Below, one piece after another: positions 8,561 through 17,810 of a stretch of 52,509 nucleotides of DNA. Origin of the DNA: a virus (taxonomy: Duplodnaviria; Caudoviricetes); IMG/VR virus record IMGVR_UViG_3300031576_000060, positions 1 to 52,509 of that record. One strand, 5' to 3'. Every line of letters begins with the position of its first letter. Positions within the stretch are counted from its first letter, which is position 1. The notes below the pieces were generated by a model, which saw nothing but the letters and a program-made list of their open reading frames with translations, searched no databases and had not been told where the DNA came from. Both the position numbers and the translations under genes were made by a program.

Positions 8561-10192
8561 CTACCCTGTCCTGAACACGCGGGCCGCGTCCCCGCCGATG
8601 AGCGGCGTCCCGGTCACGAGCGCCGCGAACGTCGCGGTCGCCGCGTCCGCCTGGCAGTTCGCCCCCGTGGTCGCGAAGCTGAGCCCTGAGACCACGCCGA
8701 GCTGCGAGCCACTCTCGGCCTTGACCCCGACACCAGGGATGTCGCCGGCCCCCGCGACCGTGACGGGTCCGATGATCCGCAGGCGCCCTCCATGGCGGCC
8801 CTTGAACGCATCACTCGAAAGCGCCTGTAACTCGACCGCTCGAATCTCGGCGTAGGAGTTGCGATTGTAGTCGATGGCCGGGCGGGCCACCGGGCTCGAC
8901 CGGATGAGGAACGGGAGCGCGGGATCGAAACCACCGTCGACAAAGCTGGCGCCCCCTTCCTGGCCTTGGCACTCGATGTCGCCGTCGACTACAGAGCCGC
9001 CGAAGATGTTGAACGAACCGGAACCGAACAACCCGGCCGCCCCCTTGCACGCGATCGAGCCAGCGAACCGTGCGCCACCGTCGACGCGCACGGCGTTGAA
9101 GCCGTCCCGGACCCCGAGGCAGAGCGCGTAGAACAGGTCGAAATCGCCGGCCGGTGCGCCGAAGACGGGATCGGCCGGTGCGCCGAAGCCTGCCCAAAGC
9201 TGACCGCCGTTGACGATGCAGCCGTTCGCTTCGACGGCGTTGTTGAACCCGGTAGCCTCAGCCGCGCAATCGACGAACGTGGCCTCGCCGCCGATGAGCA
9301 CAAGAGCGGCGCGATCGGTCGCCGGGCCGAACTCGGTGTAGCCGAACATGATGCAGGGCCCAGGGGTAGGGAAGTTGATCGAGTTGAACCCGTTCGACTT
9401 CCACGGCATCTCGGCCCGGAAGCTCCGGACCCGAAACTTCGGCCGATGGATCCGGTAGGTCCAGCCGGCCACCGGCGAAACGCCGAACACCTGGACGGGC
9501 CGGATGACCGTCCCAGAATGGTCGCGGATCTGCTGCCCGATCGTCTCGACGCCCATCGGGTTGAACAAGCGCATAGACCGCCCAACCAACGCGTTGGCCG
9601 CGCCGAACGCGGCCCCACCATCCGTGATGCTGGTGAGGCCGCCGCCCGTCAGGGTGCCCGAATGCAGCACCTCCATGGTCTGCCGGTTGCCCAGCAGGAT
9701 GACGCGCCGCTTCGGGACGACGGGCGGCCGCCAGACGACGTGCGGCCGCCAGACGACGTGCTCGTCGAAGAACTCGTCGGGCCCGTGGACCACGACGTCG
9801 CGATTGTCGCCGGTCAACAGCCACTCGTTCACCCGGTCGAACGCCTTCTGGACGGTGCGGAGCGGCCGGGAAAACGAACCGATCGCAGCGTCATCGCCCG
9901 AGAGGCTCGTGTAGATGTTGGCGGCCGCGTTCGCCTCGATCGTCACCGATGCGGTCGAACCGTGCTCGATGTCGCCGGCCTCCTGGAAGCTCCGGACGGC
10001 CAGCAGGTTGGCGCCGGTCAGCCGGCGGACCTGCGGGTCGTTCGACAGCTCGTCGAGGGTGGCGCGACCGCTGACGTCCACCTGCCCGCCGATCTCCAGG
10101 GTCTCGCGGATGGTCCGGCCGAAACCGCCACCAGGCAGCGTGATGTCGAGGCTGAGGCGCCCGGACGATAGGTTCTGCAACACGATCTTCAC
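8561..10192 (-). CDS. putative virion structural protein (fibre/decoration-like, probable beta-helix C-terminal part)
   Basis: Gly/Ala-rich; YTSLSGDDAAIGSFSRPLRTVQKA resembles the start of pectin-lyase-like/DUF1565 domains; N-terminal domain shared with 41701..42438. Confidence 0.6.
   Translation of the reverse strand: MKIVLQNLSSGRLSLDITLPGGGFGRTIRETLEIGGQVDVSGRATLDELSNDPQVRRLTGANLLAVRSFQEAGDIEHGSTASVTIEANAAANIYTSLSGDDAAIGSFSRPLRTVQKAFDRVNEWLLTGDNRDVVVHGPDEFFDEHVVWRPHVVWRPPVVPKRRVILLGNRQTMEVLHSGTLTGGGLTSITDGGAAFGAANALVGRSMRLFNPMGVETIGQQIRDHSGTVIRPVQVFGVSPVAGWTYRIHRPKFRVRSFRAEMPWKSNGFNSINFPTPGPCIMFGYTEFGPATDRAALVLIGGEATFVDCAAEATGFNNAVEANGCIVNGGQLWAGFGAPADPVFGAPAGDFDLFYALCLGVRDGFNAVRVDGGARFAGSIACKGAAGLFGSGSFNIFGGSVVDGDIECQGQEGGASFVDGGFDPALPFLIRSSPVARPAIDYNRNSYAEIRAVELQALSSDAFKGRHGGRLRIIGPVTVAGAGDIPGVGVKAESGSQLGVVSGLSFATTGANCQADAATATFAALVTGTPLIGGDAARVFRTG
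9724..9761. repeat. 18-nt tandem duplication (HVVWRP x2)
   Basis: gcggccgccagacgacgt repeated directly. Confidence 0.9.
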
Positions 10193-10368
10193 GGCCTACC
10201 CTCCCACCACGACGCGCAACCTGCTTCGAGCAGGCGGGACCGCCACAGGTCCCCCGGGATCCACCCGGCCCGATAGCGGAGCCGCTCGGCGAGCCGATGG
10301 ACCTTCTGGCGGTCACCGGTCTGCCAGGCGGCCAACAAGTTGGCCAGGATGTCGCCCCGCCTCGCCAT
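10189..10368 (-). CDS. hypothetical 59-aa protein
   Basis: MARRGDILANLLAAW...; start overlaps the upstream TGA and its stop overlaps the next GTG. Confidence 0.55.
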   Translation of the reverse strand: MARRGDILANLLAAWQTGDRQKVHRLAERLRYRAGWIPGDLWRSRLLEAGCASWWEGRP

Positions 10369-10802
10369 CACAAGATCCCGACCGCCTTGGCGATCGACCT
10401 GACGGTCGTGAGGAAGATGTCGTCCTTGAGGCGCTGGTCGGCCGGCAGGTCGCCGTACGGCAAGAAGCACGGATGTAGCTTCAGCTCCGGATCCTTGACC
10501 GGCCCCCACCGCCATCCTTCCTCGGTCTTCTGCTTGAGCCAGCCCTCGTGCGACTTCTCGGGCGTCTGGTCGGGGTCGAGCGCCGCCTTGACCCCGTTGC
10601 ACGCGCTCGACCGTTGCCACTCGGGCGCGTCCTCCCAGACCGGTTGGCTGATGTCGTCGAGCGCGATGCAATACGCCCTGTTGGCCTGGTGGGCGGCCGC
10701 CGCAATCAGCTCGATCAAACTGACGCGGCTGTCGATGTGGTAGACGGTTGGGCCGACGCTACCCTCGGCCCCGCGCTCCCCGTACTGCTGTTGCTCTTCC
10801 AT
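10368..10802 (-). CDS. RyR-domain protein
   Basis: HEGWLKQKTEEGWRWGPVKDPELKLHPCFLPYGDLPADQRLKD matches the RyR repeat domain; GAGGAG SD before ATG 10802. Confidence 0.85.
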   Translation of the reverse strand: MEEQQQYGERGAEGSVGPTVYHIDSRVSLIELIAAAAHQANRAYCIALDDISQPVWEDAPEWQRSSACNGVKAALDPDQTPEKSHEGWLKQKTEEGWRWGPVKDPELKLHPCFLPYGDLPADQRLKDDIFLTTVRSIAKAVGIL

Positions 10803-10810
10803 CTTGCTCC

Positions 10811-10951
10811 TCACCTGCACTCGCACTGGACCATGGTGGTCCGTTCGGACAGCTCGATCACCTGCGCGCCTATGTACCGGCAGCCCAGCACGACGGCAAG
10901 CGCGATGGCCACCAGGCTCGCGACGATCGCGTAGTCGAGCCAACGGGACAT
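10811..10951 (-). CDS. small membrane protein, Flp/Fap pilin-like
   Basis: MSRWLDYAIVASLVAIALAVVLGCRYIGAQV resembles the Flp pilin hydrophobic helix (EY replaced by DY). Confidence 0.45.
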   Translation of the reverse strand: MSRWLDYAIVASLVAIALAVVLGCRYIGAQVIELSERTTMVQCECR

Positions 10952-10955
10952 CCGG

Positions 10956-12848
10956 TCACGCGGGTCCTGCGGGCCGGTCGTACCGGATCGGCTCGGCATC
11001 TGGTGGGCGGGCAATCGCGCGATCGTTCATCTCCTCCGCCACGTTCGTCTGGACGTTCTCGTCCATCTGACGGTTGTCGACCCCCTGGGCGAACTGCCGC
11101 ATCGACCGCGACGCCATCACGCCAAAGTCGTGGGGGTCGGGCGGAGCGTCCGGGTCGTTCGCTTCGAGTGGTTCGCCAGCGCCCGGGTCCTCGAACGCGT
11201 CGCCCGCGATCCCGATCGACTTGTCGGCAGCGGTCCTGGGCTTGTTCTTCGAGACCTGGATGTTGTCGTACTTCTCCACGGTCGCTTGATCGGCCTTCCA
11301 GATCGCGAGCCACTGGTCGGCCGTCTCGGGCGTGACGGAACGAAGCACCTCCCAGATGCCGGTGATTTTGTTCAAGCCCCAGAGTCGTAGGCCCGCGGCC
11401 ATCCGGTTCGCGTGCGGTTGGATCGTCGACTCGTCGAGGTCGGGCTCGTCGTGAACCCCTTCCCCATCCCCCTCGGCTACCGGTGAGCCGGTCTGGTAGG
11501 GCTGCTGCTCCATCGCGATGAGCGCGCGCATCGAGCGGCCCGCCCCCTTTTGCCGCCGTTCCTGGATGCGCTCGTCCATCTCGCGGATGATCTGCTGGAC
11601 CCGGTTGTACTCGCGCTCCGGCCACTCGCGCTGCTCGGCGGTCAACCCGAGCCCCGCGTAGCTGAACAGGTCCTCCTGGATCCTCTTCATGTAGGACTCG
11701 GGAGGGATGTCGTACGGCCCGTACCCAACCGGGACGTTTCCGTCGGGGTACCGCTGGAGCATGTGCTCCATGGTGGTGTAGCGGTCGGCCGCCCGAACCT
11801 CCCGACCAAGATGCATGTCGGGGTCTTCCCACTGGTTCTGGTCACGGTACGCGTCGCCCGCCTGCTCGTGGACCGACGGGTTGAGCGCGCGGTCCCGGCC
11901 GCTCGGAGAATTGGCGTCCGACCCCTTCTCCAGGTCGTGCTTGGGGCGACCGAGCGGATGCTTCGCCAGATCCATCATCGAGACGGACGCGACGATCCTG
12001 CCGCCACGAGCCCACCGTTCATCGACCATCTCGGCGCCCGACCACCCCATCTCGGCCTCGTGCTCGGGCTTGGGCTGCTTGCGGCGAACGAACCCGCCTT
12101 CCTCCTCCAGGATGCCGCGGTCGATCATGTCCCAGATGGCCGCCTCGCCGCCGGGCAACCGCTTCATGTTGGCCCAGCCGCCCCCCTCCTCGATCGCCTT
12201 GTCGATCTGGGGCAGTAGGACGGTGTCCCAGTCGGCCTGTCCCTCGACCTTGCGGGGCCACGGGTAGTCGTGCTCGGTGTGGGCCTCCTCGTTGGAGATC
12301 CCATCCCCCGCATCCGCTGGGGTCCATGGGAACATGCCGGGCTGATCGGGCGCGTCCACCGCCGCCCCCTCCGCTTCGCCCGCGCCCCCCGGGCTTGCCC
12401 ACGGGTCCGGGTGCTTGGCGAGCCCGTCGACCTCGGTGTTGGGGTTGGTCATGACGTCGATGGTGGCGGCGCGCGCCGAGCCGGTCCGCACGTGGACGCC
12501 GTGCTCGATCAACGCGCTGGCGAACGGGTATTGGTCGGTCTCGTCCAGCTCGTCGTGGATCGTCTGGAAGTCTTGCTGGTCGAGCAGGTGGTCGGTGCCC
12601 GCCATCGCTTTCGCGCGCTCGATCGCCTGGCTCAAGTCGAGCGCGGCAACCCGGACCTCGTCGCTCAACGGCTCGGGCGCGATCGATAGCTCCGCGACAA
12701 ACCAGCCCCGCTCGATCACCGCGACCGGCTCTTGCCTGCCGACCCGCTGGACCAACAGGCGGCCCGCGTCCGTCTCGCCGACCACTTGCACGTGGACCGG
12801 CACGCCGTCCAGGTCCGCGACCCCCACACAGCCGAGCAGAGTGTTCAT
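10956..12848 (-). CDS. acidic modular protein (putative internal head polyprotein)
   Basis: GAAGGAG SD and ATGA coupling to the HNH gene; segments punctuated by RVAA, REVRAA, RTAAD, RQFAQ motifs. Confidence 0.7.
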   Translation of the reverse strand: MNTLLGCVGVADLDGVPVHVQVVGETDAGRLLVQRVGRQEPVAVIERGWFVAELSIAPEPLSDEVRVAALDLSQAIERAKAMAGTDHLLDQQDFQTIHDELDETDQYPFASALIEHGVHVRTGSARAATIDVMTNPNTEVDGLAKHPDPWASPGGAGEAEGAAVDAPDQPGMFPWTPADAGDGISNEEAHTEHDYPWPRKVEGQADWDTVLLPQIDKAIEEGGGWANMKRLPGGEAAIWDMIDRGILEEEGGFVRRKQPKPEHEAEMGWSGAEMVDERWARGGRIVASVSMMDLAKHPLGRPKHDLEKGSDANSPSGRDRALNPSVHEQAGDAYRDQNQWEDPDMHLGREVRAADRYTTMEHMLQRYPDGNVPVGYGPYDIPPESYMKRIQEDLFSYAGLGLTAEQREWPEREYNRVQQIIREMDERIQERRQKGAGRSMRALIAMEQQPYQTGSPVAEGDGEGVHDEPDLDESTIQPHANRMAAGLRLWGLNKITGIWEVLRSVTPETADQWLAIWKADQATVEKYDNIQVSKNKPRTAADKSIGIAGDAFEDPGAGEPLEANDPDAPPDPHDFGVMASRSMRQFAQGVDNRQMDENVQTNVAEEMNDRAIARPPDAEPIRYDRPAGPA

Positions 12849-13522
12849 GCTGCACTCCTTCTTCCAAGCCTGACAGGAGTAGCATTCAGCGTGCTGACGG
12901 GGACTGAAAGCCCATGGTGCAGGCGGTACGCGATGTATTCGTCGGCCGTCCTGGTGCCCTTCGAGCAGTTGCACGATCGACATGCACAACAGAGGTTGGC
13001 AGGATCATCGACTCCCTGTCGTACCAACGGGACCTTGTGATCCACGGTGAACTGACTGGAGATGTCGGCGCCGCAGTAGTAGCAGCCCCCTCGTTGCTGA
13101 ACAAAGATGCGCCGGATGTCCACAGCGGTGTGGCTACCAGATGCCGCAACCTTACGAGCACGGCGCCGCCCAACAGTCGCACGTCTTGGTAGCGGGTCTT
13201 TCGCATAGCGGTCACGAGAAGCAGCCCTGGTTGCAACAGGGTCCGCCCAGTACGCAGCGGCAGCTTTTGCCTTCGCGTACTCTGCATGGCTTACATACCA
13301 TATACGATTCCGTCGTTTGACCGCAGCCACGGTCCGCTTTGCGGAAGCTCGTTTCACTGCTAGATGGCGATCCCGATTGTCTTTGTTCCACTCCCGTGCT
13401 GACACCTTTGCACAGACCTTGCAATACCCACCCAATCCATGACGACCTCGCTTCGCTGAGTAGAAGAACTCGGTGGTAGCCGGCTTCTCCTCCTCGCAAC
13501 GGGCGCATCGCTTCGTCACCAT
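12845..13522 (-). CDS. HNH endonuclease
   Basis: N-terminal CxxC...CxxC; CYYC...VDHKVPL...NLCCACRSCNCSKG; lower GC than flanks. Confidence 0.92.
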   Translation of the reverse strand: MVTKRCARCEEEKPATTEFFYSAKRGRHGLGGYCKVCAKVSAREWNKDNRDRHLAVKRASAKRTVAAVKRRNRIWYVSHAEYAKAKAAAAYWADPVATRAASRDRYAKDPLPRRATVGRRRARKVAASGSHTAVDIRRIFVQQRGGCYYCGADISSQFTVDHKVPLVRQGVDDPANLCCACRSCNCSKGTRTADEYIAYRLHHGLSVPVSTLNATPVRLGRRSAA

Positions 13523-15756
13523 CTGCGCATCCTTACGGTCCCACGACTGGCGAACTGGTGGGACCCGCTGGCCTGTCCGTTGGGCCCGACGAACGTGTCG
13601 CCGGTCGTGTACCCCGGGATGCCCGCGCGGGTCGACCGGAAACTGCCGGCCGGTCGACTAGGTTGCGAGACCGTCCACCCCGACATCGTTCGTGCGATTC
13701 CACCGCCCGCCCACATCTCGCCCCCCATCGTTTCTCGGCGCAACCGATCCTTGACCGACTTGTTGGCCGGGTCGTCCGCGACCGCCTCCTGGATCATCCG
13801 GTGGACCCCAACGATCACCTGAGCGACGTCGTCAGAATCGTAGCCCCTTCTCTTTCCTTTGTTCGGGTTGAACACGCGCTTGAGGTCGGGGCTGCGCGAC
13901 AGCTTGACCAGCTCGTAGATGCCGACCCCCTGCGCCGACATCTCGACGGGCGTGCGGTGCATGACCAACTGGCCCGCCTCCGTGAACTCCAGCTCGTAGC
14001 GGCCGTCGTGCAGGCGGGCGGGCGGCAACAACTTGACCTTGCCGCCGTAGCAGTCGCTCTTGAACGCGACGAAATCGCGGGCCGTAATGCTGGCCTGCTC
14101 GGCCTGCACGCCGAACGCCCGGACGTCCTGGATGAGCGCCTCGCTCTGCCACCGGTCGAAGCAGACCTGCGTGACCCGAAAGCAGTCCTTGAGCCGCTCG
14201 ACCAGCTTGACGACCGAGTCGAACCAGACGGTTCTCTTCGGTCTCTCGGTCGGGAGGATCCGGACGACCCAATCGTAGATGGTGACGAGAATGCGGTGAG
14301 GCTGGCGCGGCATACCCGGATGGTTCGGGTCCGGATCGGTCACGACCTCGATCCACGCGGGATGCGCGCACGCGCCCGCGAAGCTGTCGAACGAGGCGCC
14401 CGCGTCGAAGCAGATGAACCGGGGCATCTCGGGCGAGATGATCGAGTCCTCCACCTCGGCGCCAATGTACTGGCGGCCCAGCGCGTCCTCCGGCAGGATC
14501 GTGCGGAACAGGGTGGTGGGCGAGAGGGCGGGCTCGATCGACTTGGCGAACCTGGGCACGTCCTCGATCAGCGGCGTCTCGGTCAGGGGTGGGTTGGCGC
14601 CAAAGTCGCGCTCGGCTTGTACCGGGTCCTCCGCGTACTCCTCGTCGAACGCTTCGCGCGGCATGAACGGGTTGAAGTCCCAGGTGGCCATCTTGAGCGC
14701 GTACATGCGGTCGAGTACGTCCTGCTTCTCCAGCAGCGACATCATCTTGTCGTCGCCCGACATCGGCGAAGACGTCGCGATCTTCATGCCGAACAGGTAG
14801 CCGGGCAGCCCGCCCGACGAGATCGTACTGGCCCGCCGGATCGTCTTGAGCGACATGCTGAGCACCCGCCAGACCTCGTCGGCCCCCCGCTTCGACTCGG
14901 TAAGGTCGAACCGGGCCAACTCATCGACGAACGCGGACAGGCGGGTCGCGCCCGCCATCGCGCCCGAGTTGCTGTTGAGCGAGTCGAGTTCGACTCGGAT
15001 GAGGCCGTTGCGGATCGACTTCTTGGCCTCCTCGTCGTAGCTCCACCGCTTGAGTCCAATGCGCGGTTGCGTAGCCTCCAGCTCCTTGATGCGCCGGACA
15101 TACCGGCGGATCCATGGACCACGCTCACGGAAGTTGGTGAACCAGTCCCAGATCGTTTTCTCGGTCTGCTTGTCGCTCGACGCGACGAACGCGATGTCGA
15201 ACCGGGTGCCTGGCGCCTGCTTGAGCACGCGGGCGAGCCGGTCGCGATCGAACTGGGCGATCGAGTAGACGATGTGCTCCAGGTAGGTGGCGAGAATGCC
15301 GGCCGTCGCCGACTTACCCGCCCTCGCCCCAACGCACACGATCGCCGTGTTGTAGTCGTAGAGGAGGCGGTCGCGCGTGAACTCGGATCTGGCCCCCCGG
15401 CACTGCGGACAGACGTCCTCGTTGAGGTCGGCCGAGTAGACCAGCAATACCTCCGATTCCAGCTCGGTGCGTGTCTTGCCCCAGCAACGGCCCGGCCCCT
15501 CCGAGTTTTTGTCGAACGGGTTGCAGATGGGGCATCGAAGCTGTGCGATGTCGCGAAGGAACTGGTACTGACCCCAGTGCCCGTAGACCAACGGGAAGTC
15601 GAGGAACCGGGGGTCCGCGGTCCATTCGATCAGGTTGCCGGCGCGGGGCAGGTCGTACTCGGGCGCGACGTCCGGGGTTTCGCGGCCGCCCCGCCGTAGG
15701 AACGCGAGCGCTTCGTCGACATTGACGGGCGCGATCTTGGGCGCCTTGGCGGACAC
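13516..15756 (-). CDS. terL: terminase large subunit
   Basis: Walker A VGARAGKS, Walker B AFVDELA, RNase H-like FDAG...FDRWQS...DDVAQ; N-terminal CxxC pair. Confidence 0.85.
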   Translation of the reverse strand: MSAKAPKIAPVNVDEALAFLRRGGRETPDVAPEYDLPRAGNLIEWTADPRFLDFPLVYGHWGQYQFLRDIAQLRCPICNPFDKNSEGPGRCWGKTRTELESEVLLVYSADLNEDVCPQCRGARSEFTRDRLLYDYNTAIVCVGARAGKSATAGILATYLEHIVYSIAQFDRDRLARVLKQAPGTRFDIAFVASSDKQTEKTIWDWFTNFRERGPWIRRYVRRIKELEATQPRIGLKRWSYDEEAKKSIRNGLIRVELDSLNSNSGAMAGATRLSAFVDELARFDLTESKRGADEVWRVLSMSLKTIRRASTISSGGLPGYLFGMKIATSSPMSGDDKMMSLLEKQDVLDRMYALKMATWDFNPFMPREAFDEEYAEDPVQAERDFGANPPLTETPLIEDVPRFAKSIEPALSPTTLFRTILPEDALGRQYIGAEVEDSIISPEMPRFICFDAGASFDSFAGACAHPAWIEVVTDPDPNHPGMPRQPHRILVTIYDWVVRILPTERPKRTVWFDSVVKLVERLKDCFRVTQVCFDRWQSEALIQDVRAFGVQAEQASITARDFVAFKSDCYGGKVKLLPPARLHDGRYELEFTEAGQLVMHRTPVEMSAQGVGIYELVKLSRSPDLKRVFNPNKGKRRGYDSDDVAQVIVGVHRMIQEAVADDPANKSVKDRLRRETMGGEMWAGGGIARTMSGWTVSQPSRPAGSFRSTRAGIPGYTTGDTFVGPNGQASGSHQFASRGTVRMRRW

Positions 15757-15760
15757 CGAC

Positions 15761-16138
15761 CTACTCCCTCCGGAAGATGTCGACCGTGACGGTCATGGGG
15801 GCGTCGTCGTCCCCTCGAACCTCTTGGCCGGCCAGCTCACCGTGCTCTTCGATGGCCTCGCGGTCGTAGTTCATGTCGACCACCGCGGTGACGCGCCGGT
15901 ACCCCTTAGCCGCCACCATCTCGAACCGGACCAGCCCGCCGATCTGTTGCCCGTCCACCACGATGACGGTGCCGGCGAGCGTCCCGTCCGACACGACCTG
16001 CAACTTCTTCGCCTTCATGCAAAGACGGTCGGGCCGCTTGCGTCGATCGATCGACGCGGCCGGTGCCTTCAGGTCCGGGTTGCTGGGGAGTGCGTAGCCA
16101 TCCGGGCCGAACTTCAGCTCTGTCCGATCATGCTGCAT
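15761..16138 (-). CDS. hypothetical protein
   Basis: GC3-biased ORF; probable start MQHDR at 16138 (GAGGG SD); the track extends it to 16297. Confidence 0.6.
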   Translation of the reverse strand: MQHDRTELKFGPDGYALPSNPDLKAPAASIDRRKRPDRLCMKAKKLQVVSDGTLAGTVIVVDGQQIGGLVRFEMVAAKGYRRVTAVVDMNYDREAIEEHGELAGQEVRGDDDAPMTVTVDIFRRE

Positions 16139-16487
16139 GTGACCCTCGCTTACGCGCGGATCCAACCCCGTATGTCGGAGTCCGTCTATGGCATGGACGG
16201 CAAAGGGTCCGTCCATTCGATACATCAAATCGCAAGTCATGGTGCGATGAAAAAGGCTGGACGTGGTCTGCCTGGAGATGTCCGCCCTTAACCCCACAGA
16301 GCTGACAGGTGTAGCCGTCTCGGTCGAACACCTTCTGTCGCCACGCTTTCATCTCCAGTGTTGCCCGGGTTGCTGCATCGCGCGGCTTACCGCGCTTGGC
16401 CGAAATGATCTTCTCGCGGTAAGCCGGATCCTTCCACAACGCCTTGCTCTTTTGCGACAGCTTCTGCCTGGCCTCTTCGTCCATCAT
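16128..16487 (-). CDS. HNH endonuclease with NUMOD3-like N-terminus
   Basis: VFDRDGYTCQLCG...ADHVQPF...NGRTLCRPCH. Confidence 0.9.
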   Translation of the reverse strand: MMDEEARQKLSQKSKALWKDPAYREKIISAKRGKPRDAATRATLEMKAWRQKVFDRDGYTCQLCGVKGGHLQADHVQPFSSHHDLRFDVSNGRTLCRPCHRRTPTYGVGSARKRGSHAA

Positions 16488-17362
16488 GCCGCCCCCTTGA
16501 GCCGGTAGCGATCGATCACTACCGACTGGCTCTCGGCGCGCAGATCATTGACCGCGCGGGCGAGCGCCTCGGACAAGCGGGCGTGCATCCACTCGGCCAT
16601 GTCGTCGGCCGGGACACTCTGGCCCGCCGCCTCCTCTTCGATCGCGGCCAACTCGTGGCCCAGCACGAGCGCCAGCTTGCCGGTGAAATGCTCGATCCCC
16701 TCCTTCAGCACCCCCACGACAAAATCCTTGCCGTTCACGTAGCGGTCGAGCGTTGAGGTGACGGCAGTGATCGCTTGAGTGGCGGCGGCGAACTGGTTGA
16801 ACGCCGACTTGAGCGTCAGGGGGGAGGGTCCGGGACCATCGTGGCCTTCGCGAGCCGCCTCACTCTCCTCGATCTGCCGGTAGACCCGGTCGGCGATCTT
16901 CTGCCAGCGGGCCAGGTTCTGCTGGAGCGCCTCGATGTTCTCCCGCTTGAATTCCAGCACCTGCGAGAGGACCTCGTCCTCCTGTGGCTGGCGGGCCGCT
17001 TCGTTGCGCTGCCGATGGTCCGATTGGACCGCATGCAGGAACGCGGAGTCGGCGGGGACGTGCTGGTTGAAGTGGGCGGTGAAGCTGGAGTGACGGATCG
17101 GCTTGATGTCGAGCTTCTGGTCGGCGATCAGCCTGTTCACCTCCTCCATGATGATGGAGTAGGGCTTCCGGTCCTTGAAGTGGCGCTCGTGGATCAGCTC
17201 GACCAACCGGGGGTGCGACTTCATCAGACGACAGAGATGGCACCTGTACTCCCAGATGCCCGTCGTGGTCGCCGGCTTCTTGGTTGGAGGCTGCGGGGCC
17301 ACGGGCTCGCGCGCCATCCCCTCCTCCTCGACATCCTCCCGCCTGATACCTCTCCGCTCCAT
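16484..17362 (-). CDS. hypothetical protein, candidate terminase small subunit
   Basis: CHLC...HFNQH Zn/HTH-like N-terminus followed by helical region; upstream of terL. The function is a positional guess. Confidence 0.4.
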   Translation of the reverse strand: MERRGIRREDVEEEGMAREPVAPQPPTKKPATTTGIWEYRCHLCRLMKSHPRLVELIHERHFKDRKPYSIIMEEVNRLIADQKLDIKPIRHSSFTAHFNQHVPADSAFLHAVQSDHRQRNEAARQPQEDEVLSQVLEFKRENIEALQQNLARWQKIADRVYRQIEESEAAREGHDGPGPSPLTLKSAFNQFAAATQAITAVTSTLDRYVNGKDFVVGVLKEGIEHFTGKLALVLGHELAAIEEEAAGQSVPADDMAEWMHARLSEALARAVNDLRAESQSVVIDRYRLKGAA

Positions 17363-17372
17363 CGATCAACTC

Positions 17373-17810
17373 CTAGTGACGCCTCATCTTGTCATGCATC
17401 TCGGCGATCTGCTGGACCTGGTCGGACGTGACCAGCAGGACGCCCGCCCCCTCGGCCCGATCGCGCTCGTATTCCGCGAGGAACGCGGCCCACGATTCCC
17501 TGTGGATCTTGGTGGTTGCGGGGCCCGCCAGGTAGTAGCGGGTCGGCCGGATGAACAGGACGTCGACCCAATCGATCACGGACGCGGGGAACGGGTTGAA
17601 CACGCGCTCGGGGCCTGCGGGCCCCGCCTTGACCCCCTGGACCACCCGGATCGGCTGCATGACGCCGATGAACCCGTTCACGTCGAACCCGGGGGACGGG
17701 TCATGAGGGCCGACCGGCTGGCAGAACCCCACAAACGTGGCGTTCGCATCCTCCAGGCCGAACAGCACGGAGCCGGCCGGCACCTCTTTGATGACGGTCG
17801 ACATGGTCAC
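17373..17810 (-). CDS. hypothetical protein
   Basis: 145-aa GC3-biased ORF coupled to the upstream stop. Confidence 0.65.
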   Translation of the reverse strand: MTMSTVIKEVPAGSVLFGLEDANATFVGFCQPVGPHDPSPGFDVNGFIGVMQPIRVVQGVKAGPAGPERVFNPFPASVIDWVDVLFIRPTRYYLAGPATTKIHRESWAAFLAEYERDRAEGAGVLLVTSDQVQQIAEMHDKMRRH

